A DNA stretch of 64,000 nt from Candidatus Dormiibacterota bacterium (GCA_036782775.1 DAIPYJ010000007.1:1082-65081), one strand, 5' to 3'. Numbered from the stretch's first letter, positions 44,859 through 54,907 are shown. A program made the numbers and translations. The notes: generated by a model not told the origin, from the sequence alone.

Positions 44859-47375
44859 ATGGCCAGCCTGCCCTCGCAGGCGCGAGTCGTCGTCATCGGC
44901 GCCGGGATCGTCGGCAACAGCATGGCCTATCACCTGGCGCGCCTCGGCTGGAAGGACCTCGTGCTGATCGACAAGGGCCGCATGCCGAACCCGGGCGGAT
45001 CCACCGGCCATGCCTCGAACTTCATCTTCCTGACCGACCACTCAAAGGAGATGACGCTGTTCACGCTCGACAGCGTCAACCAGTACAAGGAGCTCGGGGT
45101 CTTTACCAGGAGCGGCGGCATCGAGGTCGCCCGCACCGCCGAGCGCGTGGACGAGCTGAAGCGCCGGATGGCGTCCAGCAAGGCCTGGGGGATCGACGCC
45201 TCGCTGGTGACGCCCGCCGAAGTCAAAGAATTGGTTCCCTACATCAACGAGGACATCATCCTTGGCGGCTTCTATACCGAAGGCATCGGCACCGTCGACT
45301 CCTTGCGCGGCGGCACCATCATGCGCGAGCGCGCCGAGCAGATGGGGGCGCTGACCGTGATGCCGCAGACCGAAGTCACCGGCATCACGGTGCAGAACGG
45401 TCGCGTGACAGGCGTGCAGACGGACAAGGGCGAAATTTCGGCCGAGTATGTCGTCATCTCCTGCGGCATCTGGAGTCCGCGGTTGGCGCGGATGGCGGGG
45501 GCATCGATCCCGCTCAGCCCGGCGGTTCATCAGATGATCAGCGTCGGCCCGGTGCCTCTCTTCGCCGATACCGTCGGCGAGATCAAATACCCCATCGTCC
45601 GCGACATGGACACCAACGGCTACGAGCGCCAGCATGGCAGCGACATGGAAGTCGGCTCCTATGACCACCGACCGATCCTCTGGGATCCGGACGACATCCC
45701 GTCGATCGAGCAGTCGAAGCTGTCGCCCACCGAACTGCCCTTCACCAAGGAAGACTTTGACGAATCGCTCGAGCACGCGCTCGAGCTGATGCCCGACATC
45801 CTGGGCGATCCGAATGTTGGCATCCGTCACTCGATCAACGGTCTCCTGTCGCTTACGCCTGACGGCTTTCCCCTGCTGGGCGAAACCGCGGAGGTCAAGG
45901 GCCTCTGGTCGGTAGCGGCGATCTGGATCAAGGAAGCGCCTGGGATCGCGCGCTGCGTCGCCGAATGGATGACGAGCGGCGTGTCCGAGATCGACCCATC
46001 AGGGTCCGATGTTGCGCGCTTTTACGAGCACCAGAAGACGAAGGTCCATGTCAACGGCCGCACCGCCGAAGGCTTCAACAAGACCTACGGCATCGTCCAT
46101 CCACGCGAGCAGTGGGAATCGAATCGTCGGGTTCGGCTCAGCCCCTTCTACGAACGGGAGAAAGCCCTCGGAGCGTTCTTCTTCGAGACCGCCGGCTGGG
46201 AACGGCCGCACTGGTACGAATCGAACAAGAAGCTCCTCGACGAGTACGGCGATCGTGTCATGCCCCGCCGTTACGAGTGGGACGCGCGCTGGTGGTCCCC
46301 GATCATCAACGCCGAGCATCTCGCGATGCGAGACCGGGTCGCGATGGTCGACCTGTCCGCCTTCGCCGTCTTCGACGTCGCCGGCACCTGCGCGCTGGAG
46401 ACGATGCAAAATCTGTGCGTCGTCCAGATGAATGTCCCGGTTGGACGGGTCGTCTATACGTCGCTGCTCAATCCCGCGGCCGGCATCAAGGCCGACCTGA
46501 CCGTGATGCGGCTTGGGATCAATCACTTCCGGGTTGTGACCGGCGGCGCCGACGGCCCGCGGGACAAGAAGTGGTTTCAGGACCACCTGCCGGACGATGG
46601 CGCCGTGCAGCTGACCGACCTGACCAACAGCTGGGCGACGATCGGCGTCTGGGGCCCGCGTGCGCGTGACGTGATCTCGTCGATTACCGACGCCGACGTC
46701 TCGAACGACGGGTTTCCTTTCGGCACCTGTCGCACCATCGACCTTGGCCCGGTGCGGGTGCTCGCCTCGCGTATCTCGTATGTCGGAGAGCTCGGCTGGG
46801 AGATCTACGTGCCCTTCGAACAGGGCGCCCGCGTGTGGGATTCGATCTGGGAGACCGGCCAGCCGCACGGGATCGTTCCCGCCGGCATCGGCGTCTATGG
46901 AACGACCGGGCGAATCGAAAAGTGCTATCGCGCCTACGGATTCGAGCTGGAGCAGGAATTCAACCTGGTCGAGACCGGTCTGGCTCGGCCGCTGGTGAAG
47001 CCGCAGGACTTCATCGGGAAAGATGCCTATCTCAAGCAGCGCGCCGAACCGGCAGCCGCGATTCTGTCTACGCTGACGGTCGACGACAACATCTCGCGCT
47101 CCGGATTCAAGCGCTACATGCAGGGACGGGAACCAGTCCTGGGCCGCGATGGCCAGCGGCTGGTCGACAGGCACGGCCGCGGCTCCTATGTGACGAGCGC
47201 GGGCTCGGGACCGTCGGTCGGAAAGACCATCCTCATGAGCTTCTTGCCCCCGGAGCAGGCGAAAGTCGGCAACAAACTCTGTGTCGAGTATTTCGGCGAC
47301 CAGTATCCGGTGACCGTTGCCGTCGCCGGCCCGACGCCCCTATTCGATCCCCAGAACACCCGCGTCCGAAGTTGA
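44859..47375 (+). CDS. dimethylglycine/sarcosine dehydrogenase-family enzyme (FAD DAO domain plus folate-binding GcvT domain)
   Basis: 838 aa. N-terminal VVVIGAGIVGNSMAYHLA, then a C-terminal aminomethyltransferase folate-binding domain. Confidence 0.8.
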   Translation: MASLPSQARVVVIGAGIVGNSMAYHLARLGWKDLVLIDKGRMPNPGGSTGHASNFIFLTDHSKEMTLFTLDSVNQYKELGVFTRSGGIEVARTAERVDELKRRMASSKAWGIDASLVTPAEVKELVPYINEDIILGGFYTEGIGTVDSLRGGTIMRERAEQMGALTVMPQTEVTGITVQNGRVTGVQTDKGEISAEYVVISCGIWSPRLARMAGASIPLSPAVHQMISVGPVPLFADTVGEIKYPIVRDMDTNGYERQHGSDMEVGSYDHRPILWDPDDIPSIEQSKLSPTELPFTKEDFDESLEHALELMPDILGDPNVGIRHSINGLLSLTPDGFPLLGETAEVKGLWSVAAIWIKEAPGIARCVAEWMTSGVSEIDPSGSDVARFYEHQKTKVHVNGRTAEGFNKTYGIVHPREQWESNRRVRLSPFYEREKALGAFFFETAGWERPHWYESNKKLLDEYGDRVMPRRYEWDARWWSPIINAEHLAMRDRVAMVDLSAFAVFDVAGTCALETMQNLCVVQMNVPVGRVVYTSLLNPAAGIKADLTVMRLGINHFRVVTGGADGPRDKKWFQDHLPDDGAVQLTDLTNSWATIGVWGPRARDVISSITDADVSNDGFPFGTCRTIDLGPVRVLASRISYVGELGWEIYVPFEQGARVWDSIWETGQPHGIVPAGIGVYGTTGRIEKCYRAYGFELEQEFNLVETGLARPLVKPQDFIGKDAYLKQRAEPAAAILSTLTVDDNISRSGFKRYMQGREPVLGRDGQRLVDRHGRGSYVTSAGSGPSVGKTILMSFLPPEQAKVGNKLCVEYFGDQYPVTVAVAGPTPLFDPQNTRVRS

Positions 47376-47388
47376 GCCAACTCACTTT

Positions 47389-47414
47389 TCCCTCCCCCCG
47401 CATGCGGGGGGAGG
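47389..47414. repeat. perfect 26-nt palindrome CCCTCCCCCCGCATGCGGGGGGAGGG between the DMGDH and etfB genes
   Basis: Visible directly in the sequence. It belongs to the same family as the element at 15231-15257. Confidence 0.8.
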
Positions 47415-47430
47415 GTCAGGGTGGGGGGCT

Positions 47431-48204
47431 ATGAATATCCTCGTCTGCGTCAAGCGGGTTCCCGCCACCGCCGGCCACATTGCCCTCACGGCAGATGCGC
47501 AGGACATCGACACGCGCTACCTGGGCTTCACGATCTCCCCGCATGAGGAATGCGCGGTTGAAGAAGCGGTTCGGCTGATCGAGAAACACGGCGGCAGCAG
47601 CACGGTGTTGACGCTGGGCCCCGAAGTTGCGATCGATCAGCTACGCGACGCGATGGCGTTGGGCATCGACCGAGCGATCCTGCTGCAAACCGATGGGCGC
47701 GAATGGGATCCGATCGCAACCGCCGACGCGATCATGGAGTCGATTCGGACGGATCAGGCCGCCGGCATGAGCTACGACTTGATCATGTTCGGCAATGAGT
47801 CGGCGGACAGCGCCGGCTACCAGATCGGCGTGCGCGTTGCCGAGGCCCTTGATCTTCCCTGTGTGACGGGCATCAAGGCGCTTCAGGTCAACGACTCAAC
47901 CCTCGAGGTGCGCAGGCAGACGGAATCGGGCTGGGAGCGAGCTGGACTTTCGTTGCCAGCTGTCCTCACGGTAAAGGAGGGGCTGAATCTGCCGCGTTAT
48001 CCCTCGTTGCCGGGACGCCTGAAGGCGAAAAAGAAAGACATCGAACGCCGGACTCCGCAGTGGAAGGACGGTGGCCTGGAAAAAGTGCGGCTCAAGCTGC
48101 CTGTTCAGGCCAGCCACACAGTCGAAATGCTCGGCAAGACAGGCGAGGTTGGGGTTGAACTGATTGAACTGTTCCAGCGGCTCCAGCTGTTGGAGCGGCG
48201 ATGA
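47431..48204 (+). CDS. etfB: electron transfer flavoprotein beta subunit
   Basis: MNILVCVKRVP... is the EtfB N-terminus. Its stop overlaps the etfA start. Confidence 0.85.
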   Translation: MNILVCVKRVPATAGHIALTADAQDIDTRYLGFTISPHEECAVEEAVRLIEKHGGSSTVLTLGPEVAIDQLRDAMALGIDRAILLQTDGREWDPIATADAIMESIRTDQAAGMSYDLIMFGNESADSAGYQIGVRVAEALDLPCVTGIKALQVNDSTLEVRRQTESGWERAGLSLPAVLTVKEGLNLPRYPSLPGRLKAKKKDIERRTPQWKDGGLEKVRLKLPVQASHTVEMLGKTGEVGVELIELFQRLQLLERR

Positions 48205-49184
48205 TCCTCGCCTTCCTGGAGCACGTCAGCGGTGCGCCAACCGCCCTCTCTTTAGAGGTGCTGACGATGGGCCGACGACTCGCAGAGAGTATGGAGACCG
48301 GGCTCGAGGCGGTCGTGATCGGCGCCGGCGGGAGGTCGGCGGCCGGACTCCTCAGCTCCTACGGAGTGAGCTCCCTGCATGTGGCGGAAAATGCTGAGCT
48401 CGCTGACTACGCTCCCACCGCCTGGGCTCAGGCACTCGTGGAATTAGTTGAGGAAACCGCACCCCGGATCGTCATCGGGACGGCCAGCGACCGGGGCAGC
48501 GAGGTCATGGCCCACCTCGGAGCGCGCCTTCAGCTGGCGCTCGCGGCCAATTGCACCGAGATCACGCCCGGAGATCCAATGCTGGTAACCCGGCAGCGCT
48601 GGGGTGGGAGTCTGCTGGAAGAGGCGCGATTGACCGGCGAAGTCAAGCTCGTGACGCTCGCCCCTCACGCGCTGGTGGCCGAGGCATCGGCCAAACGAAC
48701 GGAGGTGGTTGCGCGTCCGTGGACCGCGGTCATCCAGGAGAAAGACTTGCGGGTGCGGCTCGTGCCAGAGGTCGAGATCGATACCGGAAAGGTTTCCCTG
48801 GCGCAGGCGCGCGTCGTGGTCGGCGGTGGCCGCGGCGTTGGCAGTGCGGAAGGATTTGCCGCGCTCGAAGAGCTCGCCGGCTATCTCGGCGGCGCGGTCG
48901 GGTGCTCGCGTGCCGTCACGAGCCTCGGATGGCGACCGCATAGCGACCAGGTGGGACAGACCGGCACACGCATCGCGCCGGATCTCTACATCGCGGCCGG
49001 CATCAGCGGCGCCATTCAGCATATGGTGGGCTGCCGCGCGGCCAAGCACATCCTCGCCATCAATACTGACGCGAACGCGCCGATCGTGGCACAGGCGGAC
49101 TACGCCGTGATCGGCGACGTGCACAAGGTGCTCGCCTCGGTCAACGAGGAGATCCGCAAGCTGAAAGCGACTCCAGTCGGCTAG
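48201..49184 (+). CDS. etfA: electron transfer flavoprotein alpha subunit
   Basis: EtfA FAD-binding C-terminal domain (...PDLYIAAGISGAIQH...). Confidence 0.85.
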   Translation: MILAFLEHVSGAPTALSLEVLTMGRRLAESMETGLEAVVIGAGGRSAAGLLSSYGVSSLHVAENAELADYAPTAWAQALVELVEETAPRIVIGTASDRGSEVMAHLGARLQLALAANCTEITPGDPMLVTRQRWGGSLLEEARLTGEVKLVTLAPHALVAEASAKRTEVVARPWTAVIQEKDLRVRLVPEVEIDTGKVSLAQARVVVGGGRGVGSAEGFAALEELAGYLGGAVGCSRAVTSLGWRPHSDQVGQTGTRIAPDLYIAAGISGAIQHMVGCRAAKHILAINTDANAPIVAQADYAVIGDVHKVLASVNEEIRKLKATPVG

Positions 49185-49193
49185 GAGCAGCTG

Positions 49194-49706
49194 ATGACCG
49201 CGGTCCGCGTCGAGCAGGTGACGCGCGAATGGGCGGAGGCTCTGGCGGAAGGCGACGCCGTCTTCACTGAGCGGTTTGGGATCCCGGTCGAACCCGGATG
49301 GTTCGGCTTCCGAGAGGCGATCGACTTCATCCTCAAGACCGGCCGGGGCGAAGTGCCGGCGGCCTGGGGCCCGCATCTCTACTTCGATGCGGATGGCGCG
49401 CTGGTCGGCAACGGTGGTTGGAAAGGGCCGCCGGTAAATGGAAGCGCCGAGATCGGCTACGCGGTCGCGCCCAGCCGTCAGGGCCGCGGGATCGCAACCG
49501 CGGCGGTCCGAACCTTCATCGACCAGGCGAAGAGTGCGGGCCTTCAGGTCGTGGTCGCCCACACCTTGCCGCGCGAATCGCCATCGACAAGCGTGCTCAA
49601 GCATTGCGGCTTCAGACAGGTCGGAGAGTCGATCGACCCGGACGAGGGCGAGGTCTGGCGCTGGGAGCTGCCGCTCAGGCCCGTCCAGCCATCAACTGTT
49701 CGATAG
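49194..49706 (+). CDS. GNAT-family N-acetyltransferase
   Basis: Acetyl-CoA-binding motif RQGRGIATAAV. Confidence 0.6.
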   Translation: MTAVRVEQVTREWAEALAEGDAVFTERFGIPVEPGWFGFREAIDFILKTGRGEVPAAWGPHLYFDADGALVGNGGWKGPPVNGSAEIGYAVAPSRQGRGIATAAVRTFIDQAKSAGLQVVVAHTLPRESPSTSVLKHCGFRQVGESIDPDEGEVWRWELPLRPVQPSTVR

Positions 49707-50202
49707 CACTGGGCAGCGTCGTTTCGAAGTCGATGAGCTTCGCCCACTCAGGGATGATGCTGATACGCGCCATCTGTTTGTAGAGTGCGCGCACCTGGGT
49801 CTCGAATTCGCTCCATTGCTCGCGTGGCACGTACCTGAACGACGCCTCCAGATATTCAGGTGGCACTCCATCAACCACTTCGATTCGCGCCGTGCCTCGG
49901 ACCAGCAAGATTCGCGGCGGCTGGGTTTCGGTATCAACGGTGAACGCAACTCGCGGATTGGAGGTCAGCGCCTTGACTTTAGGCGCGTTCGCGGATGTGC
50001 AGACGATGAACTGCTCGCCTTTCAAGATGTAGCCGATGGGCACGACTCGCGGGTAACCGTCGGGTCCCATGTAGCCGAGGCGGCATACGAAATGCGATGC
50101 CATCAGCTCTTGTGCAATCGGTGTTTCGAGGACTTTTGCTACGGCCTTTCTGTCCACGAGATCTACGCTAGCAATCCCACGGCTCCGACTGCCGTCCACC
50201 AC
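49675..50202 (-). CDS. pyridoxamine 5'-phosphate oxidase-like (FMN/F420-binding split-barrel) family protein
   Basis: PPOX-class fold pattern (FVCRLGYMGPDGYPRVVPIGY...). Confidence 0.55.
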   Translation of the reverse strand: MVDGSRSRGIASVDLVDRKAVAKVLETPIAQELMASHFVCRLGYMGPDGYPRVVPIGYILKGEQFIVCTSANAPKVKALTSNPRVAFTVDTETQPPRILLVRGTARIEVVDGVPPEYLEASFRYVPREQWSEFETQVRALYKQMARISIIPEWAKLIDFETTLPSAIEQLMAGRA

Positions 50203-50216
50203 GCTAGCCTGCTGAT

Positions 50217-50978
50217 ATGACCGTCAAGCTCGATCGTCACGGCAGCATCCTCCTGGTTACCATCGACCGTCCCGATCGACGTAACGCCGTTGATCGAGCC
50301 ACCGCGAACCAGCTGTCGAAGGCGTTTCGGGCGTTTGACGCCGACCATTCCTTGCGGATTGCCGTCCTTACCGGAGCGGGAGGCCATTTCTGTGCGGGCT
50401 TCGACCTGAAGGCGCTCGCCGGAGGTGGCGGTCCAGTTGTGGGCGAGGGCGATGGACCGATGGGACCAACCTACCTGCAACTTTCGAAGCCGGTGATCGC
50501 GGCGATCGAAGGTTATTGCGTCGCCGGCGGAATGGAGCTTGCGCTGTGGTGCGATCTACGTGTCGCGGCCGAGGACGCGACCTTTGGGATCTTCAATCGC
50601 CGCTTTGACGTCCCACTCGTCGATGGCGGCACCGTCCGTCTGGCTCGGATTGCAGGCCAGGGTCTGGCGATGGATCTCATCCTGACGGGCCGCACTCTCC
50701 GCGCTCAAGAAGCGTTCGAGCACGGCCTCGTCAATCGGTTGGCGAAGCCTGGCGATGCGCTGAGTCAGGCGCTCGAACTTGCGACGCGCATCTCGAAGTT
50801 CCCGCAGTCAGGCCTCCGCAATGACCGGCAATCGCTGCTCGAACAATGGGGCTTACCTCTCGATCAGGCGCTCCGCAATGAGTTGCGCTGGGGCCGTCGC
50901 ACCATGGACAGTGGAGAGGCAATCGAAGGCGCGAAGCGCTTCTCGCAGGGAGAAGGCCGGGGCGGCGCCGACACATAG
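50217..50978 (+). CDS. enoyl-CoA hydratase/isomerase (crotonase) family protein
   Basis: ILLVTIDRPDRRNAVD...AGFDL... is the crotonase fold. Confidence 0.75.
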   Translation: MTVKLDRHGSILLVTIDRPDRRNAVDRATANQLSKAFRAFDADHSLRIAVLTGAGGHFCAGFDLKALAGGGGPVVGEGDGPMGPTYLQLSKPVIAAIEGYCVAGGMELALWCDLRVAAEDATFGIFNRRFDVPLVDGGTVRLARIAGQGLAMDLILTGRTLRAQEAFEHGLVNRLAKPGDALSQALELATRISKFPQSGLRNDRQSLLEQWGLPLDQALRNELRWGRRTMDSGEAIEGAKRFSQGEGRGGADT

Positions 50979-51108
50979 CGCCTGATCTCCGCTGCCGAAG
51001 GAACATCCGCCGTGCCTGACTTCCCCGAGAACCAGCTCTCCTAACGCCTCCCCCGACGAGCTGACCGGTCTTGCGGGCTGAGAAATCGTGCGCTAGACTT
51101 GTTGTGCC

Positions 51109-51912
51109 ATGAGCACCAGTTTTGCTATGCGCAACAAGGTGCAATCACTGGACCGGGCCCTGGAGATCTTGAAGCTGCTCGGCAGCGAGCCCGAAATGCG
51201 GGTGACCGATCTCGCGCGGCGTCTGGAGGTCCACAAATCGACCGTTTTCCGGCTGCTGGCCACCCTTCAGGAGCATGGGTTGGTCGAGCAGAACCCTTCA
51301 ACCGAGCGCTATCGGCTTGGCTACGGACTGGTCCGGCTCGCCGGGTCTGTGGTTGCGGAACTGGATCTGGCGCGCGCCTCTCGCCCGGTGCTCGAAGAGC
51401 TCGCCGCCCGCACCGGGGAAACGGTGAACCTTGCGATTTTGCAGGGCGATCAGGTCATCAACATCGAACAGATCGCCGCGCCGAACCTGGTGGTCAACGT
51501 CAACTGGGTCGGGAAACAGACGCCGCTGCATGCCACCTCGAACGGGAAAGTTCTGCTCGCGCACCTCGGCGCGGAGGAGCGCCGCCGTTTATTGGGCCGG
51601 TCGCTGCCTCGCCTCACGCCGCGGACGATCACCGATCCCAGGGTGCTCGAGAAGCAGCTGGCGCGCGTGCTCGATGACGGCTATGCCTTCACCCTCGAAG
51701 AGCTCGAACTGGGCTTGAATGCGGTCGCCGCTCCGGTGTTTGCGCCCGACGGCCGGGTGCTGGCGGCGGTGAGCGTCGCGGGCCCCTCCTACCGGGTCAC
51801 GCCACACCGGCTCACCGAGCTGGGAGAAACGACGAAAGAGGCAGGCGAGGCGATCTCGCGTCGACTCGGGTACATCCCACGCGGGGAATCCCCGCGAACC
51901 CTGACAGTCTGA
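51109..51912 (+). CDS. IclR-family transcriptional regulator
   Basis: N-terminal HTH (LDRALEILKLLGSEPEMRVTDLARRLEVHKSTVFRLLATL) with a C-terminal IclR effector domain. Confidence 0.8.
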   Translation: MSTSFAMRNKVQSLDRALEILKLLGSEPEMRVTDLARRLEVHKSTVFRLLATLQEHGLVEQNPSTERYRLGYGLVRLAGSVVAELDLARASRPVLEELAARTGETVNLAILQGDQVINIEQIAAPNLVVNVNWVGKQTPLHATSNGKVLLAHLGAEERRRLLGRSLPRLTPRTITDPRVLEKQLARVLDDGYAFTLEELELGLNAVAAPVFAPDGRVLAAVSVAGPSYRVTPHRLTELGETTKEAGEAISRRLGYIPRGESPRTLTV

Positions 51913-51928
51913 AAGCAGGAGGAGGAGC

Positions 51929-52645
51929 ATGAGTCGCGAGGAGGAGATTCGGCAGGAGCTGTTCGATCACACGCTGAACGGTCATGCGCCCGAGGTCAAG
52001 GCGCTGACGCAGGAAGCCTTGCAGCTGGGGATGGATCCGATGGACATCCTCTTCAAGGCGCTGATCCCATCGTTGGAAGAGGTCGGACGCCGTTTCGAGA
52101 AGGGCGACTTCTTCGTTCCCGAGATGCTGATCGCCGCGCGGGCGATGCAGGGCGCGCTGGTCATCCTGCGACCCCTGATCGCGGAAACCGGTGCCAAGCC
52201 GATCGGAAAGATCGTGATCGGGACGGTCAAGGGTGACATCCACGACATCGGCAAGAACCTGGTGATCATCATGCTCGAGGGCGCCGGTTTCGAAGTCGTC
52301 GACCTCGGCGTCAACTGCCCGCCCGAGAAATTCGTCGAGGCCGTGCGCGCCAACGAGCCCCACATCGTTGGCTTCTCCGCCTTCCTCACCACGACCATGC
52401 CGATGTTCAAGGTCAACATCCAGGCGCTCGAGAAAGCCGGACTCAGGGACAAAGTTGTCGTCATGGTCGGCGGCGCCCCGGTCACCGAGGAATACGCCAA
52501 GCTGGCGGGGGCGGATCACTATTCGCCGGATGCTTCGATCGCCACCCGGACCGCGAAACAGATCGTGGGCGCGGCGCAGGCCGCCGAAAATGCGGCCTTG
52601 ACCCAGGCGGTCGAGCTCATCGATAAGACGCTGCGGAAGGGCTAA
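51929..52645 (+). CDS. cobalamin-binding corrinoid protein of a methyltransferase system (MtgC/MtbC-like)
   Basis: B12-binding cap helix domain, then a Rossmann domain with the DxHxxG motif (GDIHDIGKNLV). Confidence 0.75.
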   Translation: MSREEEIRQELFDHTLNGHAPEVKALTQEALQLGMDPMDILFKALIPSLEEVGRRFEKGDFFVPEMLIAARAMQGALVILRPLIAETGAKPIGKIVIGTVKGDIHDIGKNLVIIMLEGAGFEVVDLGVNCPPEKFVEAVRANEPHIVGFSAFLTTTMPMFKVNIQALEKAGLRDKVVVMVGGAPVTEEYAKLAGADHYSPDASIATRTAKQIVGAAQAAENAALTQAVELIDKTLRKG

Positions 52646-52648
52646 GCC

Positions 52649-53023
52649 GTGAAGCTGGCCGAGCGCCTCGTGCTCGCCGTCGAGAAGCCGCTCAAGGAGG
52701 CGGTCTGGGACTGCCGCATGTGCGGCCAATGCATTCTGCATTCCACCGGGCTCAGCTGTCCGATGCGCTGTCCCAAGAACCTGCGCAACGGTCCGTGCGG
52801 CGGCGTCCGAGCAGACGGGAACTGCGAAGTTTTTCCTGACAAGCGTTGCGTCTGGGTCGAGGCCTGGGAGGGCTCTCGAAAGATGCCGCTCTGGCGCGAC
52901 CACATCCAGCATCTGCAGAAGCCCGTCGACTGGCAGCTGCAGGGAACGTCGTCCTGGATCAACCTGGTCAGCGGGCGCGACGCCGGGGCGCCGATGGGAT
53001 GGGACCCTCATGCGGGCCACTAG
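52649..53023 (+). CDS. metV: MetV-like small zinc-ribbon protein (MTHFR C-terminal-like domain)
   Basis: CRMCGQCIL...CPMRCPKNLRNGPCGG is a Cys-rich motif characteristic of MetV/PF12225. It overlaps the metF start. Confidence 0.55.
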   Translation: MKLAERLVLAVEKPLKEAVWDCRMCGQCILHSTGLSCPMRCPKNLRNGPCGGVRADGNCEVFPDKRCVWVEAWEGSRKMPLWRDHIQHLQKPVDWQLQGTSSWINLVSGRDAGAPMGWDPHAGH

Positions 53024-53984
53024 CCGCCTCGCCGATTTGCTGCATGACGGTCAGTTCGTCGTCACGGCCGAACTCACCTCCAGCGACAGTGCCGATCCCG
53101 AGGTGGTTGCCCGCAACGGCGAGATGCTGCGCGGCGTCGTCGACGCCATCAACTGCACCGACAACACTGGCGCCCATGTCCACCTCTCGGCGATCGCCGC
53201 CGCTCACCTGCTGGTGGAGCGCGGCATCGAACCGATCATGCAGGTGACAGTCCGCGATCGGAATCGCCTCGCGCTGCAGGCAGACCTGTTGGGTGCGGCC
53301 GCCCTCGGTGTTCGCAACATCGTCGTGATGAGCGGGGACGATGTGACCGCCGGCGACCATCCCGATGCCCGGCGGATCTACGACATCGACTCAATGCAGT
53401 TGATCGAGGTCGCAGCCGGCATGCGCGACCGCGCCGTCTATCTGAGCGGTCGCAAGCTTGGCCAGCCGCCGGCATTCTTCATCGGCGCCGTCGAGAACCC
53501 ATTTGCGCCGCCGCTCGAATTCCGTCCGTTGCGGTTGCAGAAAAAGGTCCGGGCTGGAGCGCAGTTCATCCAGACGCAGCTGGTCTTTGACGTGCCCATC
53601 TTCACCCGCTTCATGCGGATGGTCGACGACCTCGGCCTGCTCGACCAGGTCTTCATCATCCCGTCGATTGGGATCCCGCGTTCCGCTCGTGGGGCGCGCT
53701 TCATGAAGGAGAAGGTCCCGGGGTTACATGTGCCTGATGCCGTAATTGACCGGATGGAGAGGACGCCGCCAGCGCGGCAGGCGGAGGAAGGGATCGCGAT
53801 TGCCGTCGAGCTGGTCAGCGAGATTCGGCAGATCCGCGGCATCGCGGGGGTGCATCTGATCGGCATCAAATGGGAGGAAGGCGTCGCTCGGGTCGCCGAG
53901 GCCGCCGGCCTCCTGCCACGTCCAACCCATGAACCGCTTCCTTTTCCCTCCCCCGCTCGCGGCGGCGGACAGGGAAGGGGCTAA
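53010..53984 (+). CDS. metF: 5,10-methylenetetrahydrofolate reductase
   Basis: Shows the MTHFR TIM-barrel pattern (...NCTDNTGAHVH..., FIQTQLVFD). The 3' end runs through a CCCTCCCC/GGGAAGGGG-like low-complexity element. Confidence 0.75.
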   Translation: MRATSRLADLLHDGQFVVTAELTSSDSADPEVVARNGEMLRGVVDAINCTDNTGAHVHLSAIAAAHLLVERGIEPIMQVTVRDRNRLALQADLLGAAALGVRNIVVMSGDDVTAGDHPDARRIYDIDSMQLIEVAAGMRDRAVYLSGRKLGQPPAFFIGAVENPFAPPLEFRPLRLQKKVRAGAQFIQTQLVFDVPIFTRFMRMVDDLGLLDQVFIIPSIGIPRSARGARFMKEKVPGLHVPDAVIDRMERTPPARQAEEGIAIAVELVSEIRQIRGIAGVHLIGIKWEEGVARVAEAAGLLPRPTHEPLPFPSPARGGGQGRG

Positions 53985-54907
53985 TGGAAACGACGCTCCG
54001 CTCCCGCTCGAAGGAGGTTGTGATCTCGATCGATCGGCCCTTCGTGATGATCGGTGAGCGAATCAACCCAACCGGCCGCAAGGTGCTCGCCGCCGAAATG
54101 AAGCTGGGCCGGATGGATCGGGTCAAGGCTGATGCGATTGCGCAGGTCGAAGCCGGCGCGCAGATGCTGGATGTCAACGCGGGTGTGCCCGGCATCGACG
54201 AGCCGGCGCTGCTGGTCGCGGCGATTCGCGCCGTGGGTGAGGTGACCGATGTGCCGCTCTGCATCGACTCATCCGTGATCGAGGCGCTGGAGGCTGCCCT
54301 CGCCGTCTACGAGGGCAAGGCGCTGGTGAACTCGGTGACGGCCGAAGGCGAGCGAATGGACCGCATCCTGCCCCTGGTGAAGAAATACGGCGCGGCGGTC
54401 ATCGGCATGAGCAACGACGAGACAGGCATCACCATGGTTCCGCAGGAGCGGGTCGAGATCGCGCGTCGCATCATCGAGCGCGCCAAGTATTACGGCATTC
54501 CCCAGGAAGACGTCGTCATCGATCCGATCGCGATGACCGTCGCCGCGGATCCGCAGGCCGGTCTGATCACGCTGGAGACCATGCGCCTCATCAAGGAACA
54601 GCTCGGGAACAACATGACCTGCGGTGCCTCGAACGTCTCGTTCGGGCTGCCGGAGCGGCATCTGCTGAACGCCGCCTTCTTCCCGGTGGCGATGCACGCC
54701 GGCTTGAGCTGCGCCATCACCAATCCGTTAGTGCCCGAGGTGCGAAAGGCGGTGCTGGCTTCCGACCTCCTGCTGGGCCACGACGAGTACGCCATGCGGT
54801 GGATTTCCGATTTCCGCACCGAGCAGAAGAAAAGAGCCTCCCTCCCTGACCCTCCTCCCGCTACGCAGGGAGAGGGAATTGGAAGGCTGGCGGTCAAGCC
54901 GGGATGA
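53984..54907 (+). CDS. pterin-binding methyltransferase (methylcorrinoid:tetrahydrofolate methyltransferase, MtgA/AcsE-like)
   Basis: DHPS-like pterin-binding barrel (INPTGRK..., NSVTAEGERM, CGASNVSFGLPER). Confidence 0.7.
   Translation: METTLRSRSKEVVISIDRPFVMIGERINPTGRKVLAAEMKLGRMDRVKADAIAQVEAGAQMLDVNAGVPGIDEPALLVAAIRAVGEVTDVPLCIDSSVIEALEAALAVYEGKALVNSVTAEGERMDRILPLVKKYGAAVIGMSNDETGITMVPQERVEIARRIIERAKYYGIPQEDVVIDPIAMTVAADPQAGLITLETMRLIKEQLGNNMTCGASNVSFGLPERHLLNAAFFPVAMHAGLSCAITNPLVPEVRKAVLASDLLLGHDEYAMRWISDFRTEQKKRASLPDPPPATQGEGIGRLAVKPG

Noticed and set aside
47317-48204. EtfB ORF extended upstream through the 26-nt palindrome
   Set aside because: The extension reads through the CCCTCCCCCCGCATGCGGGGGGAGGG element as SLPPHAGGGSGWGA. 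The conserved EtfB N-terminus MNILVCVKRVP starts at 47431.
50979-51108. Possible cobalamin riboswitch or IclR operator upstream of the IclR/corrinoid operon
   Set aside because: No B12-box-like conserved core could be recognised by eye. Only a short GTGC-N5-GCAC palindrome spanning the ATG was seen, which is too weak to call.
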